64,000 nucleotides of DNA from Lingula anatina (lineage: Eukaryota > Animalia > Brachiopoda). Location of the stretch: assembly GCA_051362555.1 (NCBI GenBank), contig CM120646.1, positions 2,046,001 to 2,110,000 of the forward strand. Reading direction: 5' to 3'. Below the pieces are notes generated by a model. The model was not told where the DNA came from. It ran no database searches and saw only the letters and a list, made by a program, of their open reading frames with translations. Positions 51,431 to 64,000 of this stretch are shown here, one piece after another (the stretch's first letter is position 1; each line of letters opens with the position of its first letter). A program made the position numbers and the translations under genes.

Positions 51431-52947
51431 CGAAAGATAATCCATGAATATGGCGTTAAAATATACACGAGGACAAGTTACTTATCGCGATCGTGTTATT
51501 AATAATAAATAATCCACGAAAACCAAAGTAGTGAGTTTACGAAGAACGTGTTACATCTCAGAGATGCAGTGCATGGGGGATTAAAAAGGCACAGAACAGC
51601 TGAATTTTGTTCAACCCAATAACCGTGAATGCCCCTAAGAGCTTTTCATTAGAATACAAGCAGCTTATGTACATGCTTTCTATTATCATTAAACATTTAT
51701 TTATGTATATACATGATATTGGTGTGAGGAAATGTTTTTAAAAACAATGAAATTGTATATTACAGACATATACAATTAAATGTCTGAAAACGCTTACTTG
51801 TATCGAATTTTTTTTTTTTTACAGGAATTTGATAGACTCAGAATCTACAATAATACAATGTAGAAATACTATGTTAACGGTTATGTTATTTGCATATAAT
51901 GTATATACCACGTGCACAATAAATCATAAATATATAAATAAACCAGTATGAATCCAATAAACATGAATGTATTATTTTACATTTCTTACGTATTTTTAGA
52001 AAATTGGAACAAATAAAGCCGCAATGGTAAATTATAAATTATATACGGTACTATGACTAAGTCTCTTCGTTGCTTTTTGGTCAAATTTAGCCCCCTTCCC
52101 TGTTCTAACGTGAAAAACCTATTTAGCGGTAGTATTTCTAGTCTTTTGCCGTCGTTCTATGTCTGTCTAACAAAATAATAAAACGGTGTGGCATTTACTA
52201 AATTCTGAAAATTTTCCGAAATTTTAAGATTTATGAGAAAAGTATTGAAATACATATATTAATATATGTAAAAGCAATTCAAAACTGAAATATAAATCTT
52301 ATTAATTATGCAATGAATATGCCTACATCCGTGTAATAGTTATGATGCATGCCATCTTCTTTACAATTTCTGTACGTTTACTGCCTATAACTTGGTTACC
52401 ACGAGCCACATTCATGATATATACTAGGAATTTATTCTGTGATTTATAAAGGGTGTTATTTTTATCATCTTGTTTTTGTGAAAGCAACGCATACATCAGT
52501 ACCCAGCGTATTCCATATACTTGTACTTACGACTAGCTGGTAACACAAATGAGTGAATGTCCAACGGACAATGTTGCTAATTATTCTATCTTGAAGGCTT
52601 ACCTGTACGTTTTAGAAATGTGTAAATAATATCAGAATGTTTGGTAATTACACGAAATGGGCGTTTACGAACTCGAGCCTCTAGTTTGTGAGCACAAATA
52701 AATGCCCAAATTAACGATTCGAGCAACAAATTAGAATTAGTAGCCACGAGCACATATTGTTTGTGTGGTCCAACGCTGTGTTTATGGCTACTAATTTTAC
52801 ATTGAGGTTTTTAATTCGTGGCTGGAGTCGTTGATTTGGGCATTTGTGCTCCCAAATCTAAGGATCGCGTTTACCAAGCGACAATTATCGTTTGTGAGGC
52901 CTGCTGCACAAGGCACTGGAAGGTGACAGCTGCCCCCGGAACCTTAG

Positions 52948-53155
52948 ACCCCATTCACACAGCTTTTAATCCGATCTATGAGGGGAGTCTCACTAGATTA
53001 CTGTCAGCTTAGCCGGCTTAAGCGTCTGTCCCGCCTACTAAAAGCTGTAAGGGGGTAATTAACTACCGTGCGCGCTCGGCTGACATCAATTTGATGTGAA
53101 CCCCCAGGGAATAAGGTCGATCTAGATGGATCGATCTAAATCTATGGGAATGCAG
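52948..53155. mobile_element. MITE, same family as 29620-29845
   Basis: Shared core ggggagtctcactagattactgtcagctt.gccggcttaagcgtctgtcccgcctactaaaagctgtaagggggtaatta. Confidence 0.75.
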
Positions 53156-54123
53156 ACTTAATGTCTCGGGTTGCACTGTGAGGCAAAGCACGTTCCCCGG
53201 TTTGATGGAAGGTGGGGCTGAAATGGTGTCACTCTTAACCAACAAAGATGTTCAGGCCCCCTATATACTCCATTCCGTATCTGCCACAACGCACGTCTCT
53301 ATAGAACTACTTGAAAAACAGAGTGGGAAAACCTGTAATACGCCTCTAAATTAAAAGTATATATGTACTTAATTTAATTTGCTTTCCGCCCCTCCTACAT
53401 AGTTTTTAAGTACTGCTGTGCATAAGACAAACAAAAAGTGAATATTTTGAAAGAGGAAATATTGTTACAATGATAATAAAAATATGTTGCTTGCAGTTAA
53501 CAGTTTAGGAAAATGACATTTTGAGTCCTTGTGTATATCAGTATGGTACGTGTTATCAAGGTCCGTATTTTTACCTTCCCACTTATCCAGATGGGCTCTT
53601 TTGAAAATCTTCGTTCCTGTTTAGAACATCCTTATATCTTTGTTCAATCATTATTTCCGGAACTGTGTTATCTATTACATTTAGCCCATAGCTGCACAAT
53701 TGGTATTTTAAAATATTTTTTAAATCTCTCTTAAAAGAGAGATCGAGATGAAATTGTGGGGAGGGACTTAGATGGAAAGATGAAAAGAGTGATTACATAA
53801 TCTATTCATACGTTTCAGGTTAAAGCATTTAATTATAATTCAAATAATAGCTTTCACTAATTAATGCGACAGGTGTCAACGGCAGCATTGTTTGACTCGG
53901 TAAAAATCCCCATGGCTTAAAAGGAATACCTGATTATTATCTGGTACAAACTGTTTTTAAATACCGTCGTCTTCATTATGGGTGTCTAGATTCAAGTATT
54001 TTGGTCAAATAAAACTTACCCTGGAAAGAAAACACCTAGAGTCAAATACAACGATTGGTTCATAACAGCAATAAATCGTAATAAATGCAAAGTCTGTGTT
54101 AGTAAGTGCAAGTGACTGCTTTG

Positions 54124-54131
54124 TATAAATA
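54124..54131 (+). promoter_or_regulatory. TATA box of the VWA gene
   Basis: tataaata about 100 nt upstream of the ATG. Confidence 0.45.
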
Positions 54132-54227
54132 TCGGCCTAGACGACGGTGTCTCTCTGTTAAAAAAAAAAAACAAGTCTCTCCGCTTCCGCCGTCTCCGCT
54201 TGGACCAAATTCCTGACGTCACCGAAG

Positions 54228-56127
54228 ATGAAGTTAACCACGTTGGTGCTGCTGGTCGCTGTTGGAATGGTCTTCAATGGTTTGGACTCCGTGGCTCTCA
54301 CACCTGAAGGTATCATACAAGCTCTGATGGGCAAAACTCCCTACTGGAATGTAATGTTTGCTTTAGACAGCAGTGGCAGCATTGACTTCAGAGAATGGGA
54401 GTACGCAAAAGCAGCGGCAAGGGTGAGATTCACTGGTTTGGGTCATAAACGCAGCACTTAATTGCGTCGCCTGATTGTATATTAATAAATAAATTTACCA
54501 TTTGCTCAGTACGTCATATGCTTTTTTTCAAGTAATTACTTTTTTAAAAATGCCAGGTGATAAAAACAAATATAGTTTAAATAGTCGAGCAATATAGAAG
54601 AATAGCTTTGCATTATCAAATTTGTATATGAAATGAGATTAAAGTGAATGAGTTTCGTGAAATGCATGTTCATTATATTAGAATTGACCAACATATGATA
54701 TTTGACGTTCTTGTGCAATTCGCAAGAAAATAATTTTACTTAAATTTACAAAATTAAATCTTATTTCAGTACATCCTTGCCATCATCAACAACGTCCCAA
54801 AACCGAACAGTATAGACACAAACAAACACAAGTTTGGTCTGGTACGCTTCTCCAGCACGGAAACGACTACAGTCATCGTCAATCTGGGGAAACACCCGAC
54901 GTTCGCCATGAACGATAAAAGTATTGCCGACCTAGCGAAAGTCGGTAAGTTGGACACATATAGGCCTAAATCCATGTAGCTCATGGCATGTACTTCACTA
55001 TGAACTTGTTACACGCTTGCGTTTTCAAATACACATGTAGCCGCTTACAGATTCATTTATTTATACACAAAATCGTGGTGACATGGACGATGTAGAAACA
55101 CACATGGACGAGAACACACACGCATTAACACGCGCTCAGGCACACGTACTCATACAGGCACATGAACTCGCGGAGACGCAAGCGCAGAAACACACTCAAT
55201 TGTACAGACACACGCCCACAGACACAAACACATTTGCAGACACAATCACACATATATTCACGTGCAGACACGTATATACTATTTACATATAAATGACCAA
55301 ACTTTTTTCATTGGAAATGATACCTACTACAAGATATGATATCGTGTTAAACGCCTTCCACCATCATTGTAGTCCTTTTTTTTCTGTTGGTGGATTCCGG
55401 TGGAAAATCATCTAGGCTACATTAGACCATCGATGGACCAACTTCAGTTAAGAAACCTTTGACATTTTTTTTAAACCCAAGTCATTTAATCACTGGACTA
55501 GTACCGCAAATCTGACATCAGTTTCAGAATACATTTTAGTAAACGCTTTCGTCGTGCAGACGTAGACAGCTTTACTGCTACTCCAGGATTTTATAAATTA
55601 TGTATTTTCATTATATTATCAGGTTATTTGACGGATACATTCGAAGCTTTGACACTGTGTGAAACAGAGCTTGGTAACGAAGACCCACGGCTAGTCTGGC
55701 TGTTCACTGACGGATTATATACACAAGGGGGTAATGCGGGAGCAAAAGCGGGAGCCATGAAGGGAAAAGGTATGTGCTAAAACTAGGGTGAGACGAAGCC
55801 CTTGAATAACAAGACTAATGTGACATTGAAGCGGCATGATAGAGATTCGTTTATTTTAAAGTTATTTTGCTTTTGTGTATTTTTTTTAAAGTTATTTTGT
55901 TATTTTTGTTGTTATTTTAATTTTTGCTATTTGTATATCTATTTTCTACTGCATGAACAAACATCTGCGTTTCTATTTCAGGAATTGTCATTTGTGTGGC
56001 TGCCGTTGGCCTCCGTGCCCACATGGAAGTAATCAACAAAATGGCTTCGCCGATTAAAATCAACAACGCGACACAAAAATGCGTTCTAAATTACCAATCC
56101 TTTGCAGATTTGAAGTATGACGCGTAG
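54228..56127 (+). CDS. Small secreted single von Willebrand factor A domain protein (220 aa)
   Basis: Exons 54228-54422, 54770-54944, 55623-55769 and 55982-56127 (GT-AG, 663 nt). Signal peptide MKLTTLVLLVAVGMVF; MIDAS FALDSSGSI...T...LFTDG; FGLVRFS strand. Confidence 0.88.
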
Positions 56128-57722
56128 AGTGCCCTGCAGAAAGTTTTATCATAATTACACCCCCCCCTGTGATTTCTAAATATGCAAATGCAATTGTTGT
56201 AAATTAGAATGCGTATTAATGTATGTAACTGTATATTGATGGTATAGATATGAACTTAAAATAAATGTTTTTTTTCGTATACACATCAGACCATGCAGAA
56301 TTAAATAAAAACGGTTTTCGCATGGCTTTTCTTATTATGATATAATAAAAGGATTTTGATATCGGGGTTTGTTTTTGATTTTTTTTTTCGTACTTACTTT
56401 TCTTCTCTGGTCTTTTATTCTTTTTTTCATTCCTTTTTTTAAATTGTGTTATATTAGCAAGAATAAGTATAAGAATGGACCCTGCACAAACAATGGGCCC
56501 TGAGGCAAAGCAAAGCATAGTTCCAAGATGAAGATTTCACCCCAAAGACCTGGTTGAAAATTTTTAGATTTTTTCTATTGGTGATTTATCTTGGAATATA
56601 ATACATATGCTCATCTAGACTAAGTGCGGGATTATCTAGAACCGATGAAGATCAAATTAAATGTCAGAAAGTCTAAAACAATTTTGCAGCAATAGCTATT
56701 TTGTGAAACTATAAAACAAGACACTCGAGTTGTATCTATTATTATTGCAATAAACAGTATGTACCACACTGATAACAAACGAATACAGAAATAAAATCTT
56801 TGTTAAGTCAAAGTTATGAAAACTTACATTTATTTCTAAAAACTTCTTACTGCACGTACCACAAATATGACTAAGATGACCCAGCGACTAATGGGCAAAG
56901 ACTGAAATGGAGCACGAACACCAGTAAGTAATGCGAAACTTAGTGTGGCATGGTTACATCTCAAAATCTTGTTAGCTTTCACATCAATTGGCTATCAAAA
57001 TTATACGGACTGACATGGAAATAATACTTACTTTTGACTTTTTTGTCTTATCCCTTTCTTTAACTTTAATTTTTCTTTTTTTTTTTTTTTTTGAAAAATG
57101 GTGAAAATACTACAATAAAATAAGCACGAAAGAATACACTTTCTTTGGATGCCTATATCAAATATACTAATGCAGAAATTAAGTATTTTATGAAATAATA
57201 CCCTATTCATTTAAAAAGACTATAAAAACAATTGGATACATGTATAATCAATATACATGTAAAAATATGATTTTAACAAACAAGAAAATCTTGGACAGGG
57301 GCATGCTGAATACAAATTTTCTGCCAAAATGCAATTATTAACCTTCTCTCGGCTCCCTACTTAGATTAGTTTAACTGCCTGAAAAAAATATGCAGCAAGC
57401 ATCATTTTCTGCAGGATGACCATTTTCCAACAATAACACTCAATTGCCTAATGGACTGTAGCTCAGCACAAAACACAACCAATACAAATCTGGACTGCTG
57501 CTTCTGTGTTACAAATCACCTGATGACACTTCATTCTGACACTAGAATGTGAAAAAGTTGTATGAAAAATACAATAAATAAATAAATAAATAAAAACTTT
57601 TGACTCAGACAAAACTGCCAGACAATATCTTATACCGATCCCAATTTTGAACTCTCAACTTATTGTGCAAAAGAGGGCAGCACTTGTCAAGACACAACCA
57701 GTTCTATCCCTGTCTACATCAT

Positions 57723-62425
<4,703 letters not shown>

Positions 62426-62676
62426 CTAGAAACAAGTCAGCAAAACTGCCAAATGTACAGACAATAAACCATAAAATGAAGGACTGGCATACTATCCAAT
62501 CAAAAAATTAAGAACTTACTTTGAGAAAGAGTCCATTCATTTTATTTAAAAACAAGGCAGCAAAGCTGTCAAATGTACAGACAAAAAGCAGGAAATAACA
62601 AAAAAGGCTACTGTCAATTCTGATGCAAAAGTACATAATGTTAAACTGCAAATTCAACATCAAATTTTAATTATGC

Positions 62677-63270
62677 TCAACAGGTAAAATACATCTGTGT
62701 CTGTACATAAAAACGGCATTTCTTTAAAATAATGGCCCGATTATGCTGATTTTTGAACTCAACCTGCGATTTTGCAGGAATGACCACTCCTGTGAGTTTA
62801 ATGACAATTGGCCTATCTGTTTTTCTTATATTGTGTTTACAGTGTTGCATATATGCTGAAAAGTGAAAAAAAAGCATAACTACTTAAATAGTGGCCCGAT
62901 CATGCCGATTTTTTAACTTGACCTGCATTATAGTAAGATCGATTACTCCTGTGAGTTTCATGACAACAGGCCCATCGGTTTTCCTTAAAATGTGTTTACA
63001 GTGTTGCATATATGCTGAAAAGTGAAAAAACAGCATAACTTCTACAATAATGGCCCGATCATGCTGATTTTTGAACTTGACCTGCATTTAATGAATATTC
63101 ATCAGCTCTGTAAATAAACAGCCAAAAAGTAAAACTGCCTTCCACTTATCATGTTTATAATGAAAGTGCACGGTGTCGGCGCTGGCGACGACGGCGACGA
63201 CAGACACAGGTGATGGCAATATGTACAGACACATCTGTACATATTTACTGTACTGTTTGAGAACAGTAAG
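62677..63270. mobile_element. Helentron-associated element with an internal array of about 159-bp tandem repeats
   Basis: Repeat units start a(a/g)tggcccga at about 62731, 62890 and 63049. Subterminal inverted pair tgtgtctgtacata (about 62697) / tatgtacagacaca (about 63220); short gacgac run before the 3' end. Confidence 0.65.
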
Positions 63271-63889
63271 TGACATGGTTTTTCTTAAATGGTCATCATG
63301 GGAGCAGTGCCCAAAATAGTTTTTTTTTCAAATTTTGATGCAATATTACATAATGTTTAACAGCATAATGATCATCAATTTTTAATAATAAAATATTAGT
63401 ATCATGGATATTCAGAAAATGTGACTAGCAAAGGTCTTCAGGCCCATGGAACTTCCAAGTCACAACTTGAAAATGCCAGAATGTAAACAAGACAGCACTG
63501 TTCTGAAATGTTTTTTCTTTTTCGTTTTTAACAATTTTTTAAACATAAAACAAAATTAACAGGTTACTGCCATTTTTATACGGTCAACTAAGAAAATTGA
63601 TGAGATGGGAAAAATATCAATACAACAGTGTTAAATGTCCAATTTCCTCCATTCTGAGATTCTGAACATAGTGAATGATTGAATCTGACAAACTGCAATG
63701 ATATGAGTTTATTTCCATTTTTGACACTTTATTACACAATACACGATAACAAGTTTACCATCATTTTTACATAATCAAATAATAATAATGTTGTAAAGAT
63801 GCAGGAAATGTCAACCAATCACTTTTACATGTCTTATTAGTAAAATAATGAGACTGTTAACATGCCTAAGAATTGAATCTGAGGAAATG

Positions 63890-64000
63890 TGATTACTCCT
63901 GTGAGTTTCATGACAACAGGCCTAATGGTTTTCCTTAAAATGTGTTTACAGAGTTGCATATATGCTGAAAAGTGAAAAAACAGCATAACTTCCACAATAA
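63890..64000. repeat. Further copy of the about 159-bp repeat unit, running off the window end
   Basis: gattactcctgtgagtttcatgacaacaggcc...gctgaaaagtgaaaaaacagcataacttc matches 62941-63050. Confidence 0.85.

Overview
This is intron-rich, AT-rich eukaryotic DNA from an animal, probably a marine invertebrate (inferred from gene content and repeat types). It is not prokaryotic, so most entries in the ORF track are noise. Four kinds of gene can be assembled by hand from GT-AG splice sites. (1) A + strand Rh-family ammonium/CO2 channel gene (8809-51266) has two homologous alternative N-terminal modules about 31 kb apart: exons 8809-9262 plus 11265-11336, and exon 40015-40183. Both end in KSYYP plus a phase-1 donor and fit the same exon 2 at 46739. 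The distal module adds about 119 aa to the first extracellular loop, including N-glycosylation sequons and an RKRR furin-type site. (2) Nested antisense inside the 35 kb intron of the long form is a tandem array: two intact 3-exon genes for 648-aa somatomedin-B/Cys-rich proteins with GPI-like tails, plus a third copy whose main exon was replaced by a CACTA-like element carrying two Tc1 elements. (3) A small secreted single-VWA-domain gene (54228-56127, +). (4) A BACE1-like aspartic protease gene (- strand, 57723-62425, first exon not found in the window). The rest holds many DNA-transposon derivatives (Kolobok with THAP, Ginger-like, EnSpm-like, Helentron-associated, palindromic MITEs) and microsatellites. 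All calls come from reading the sequence; no database searches were run.
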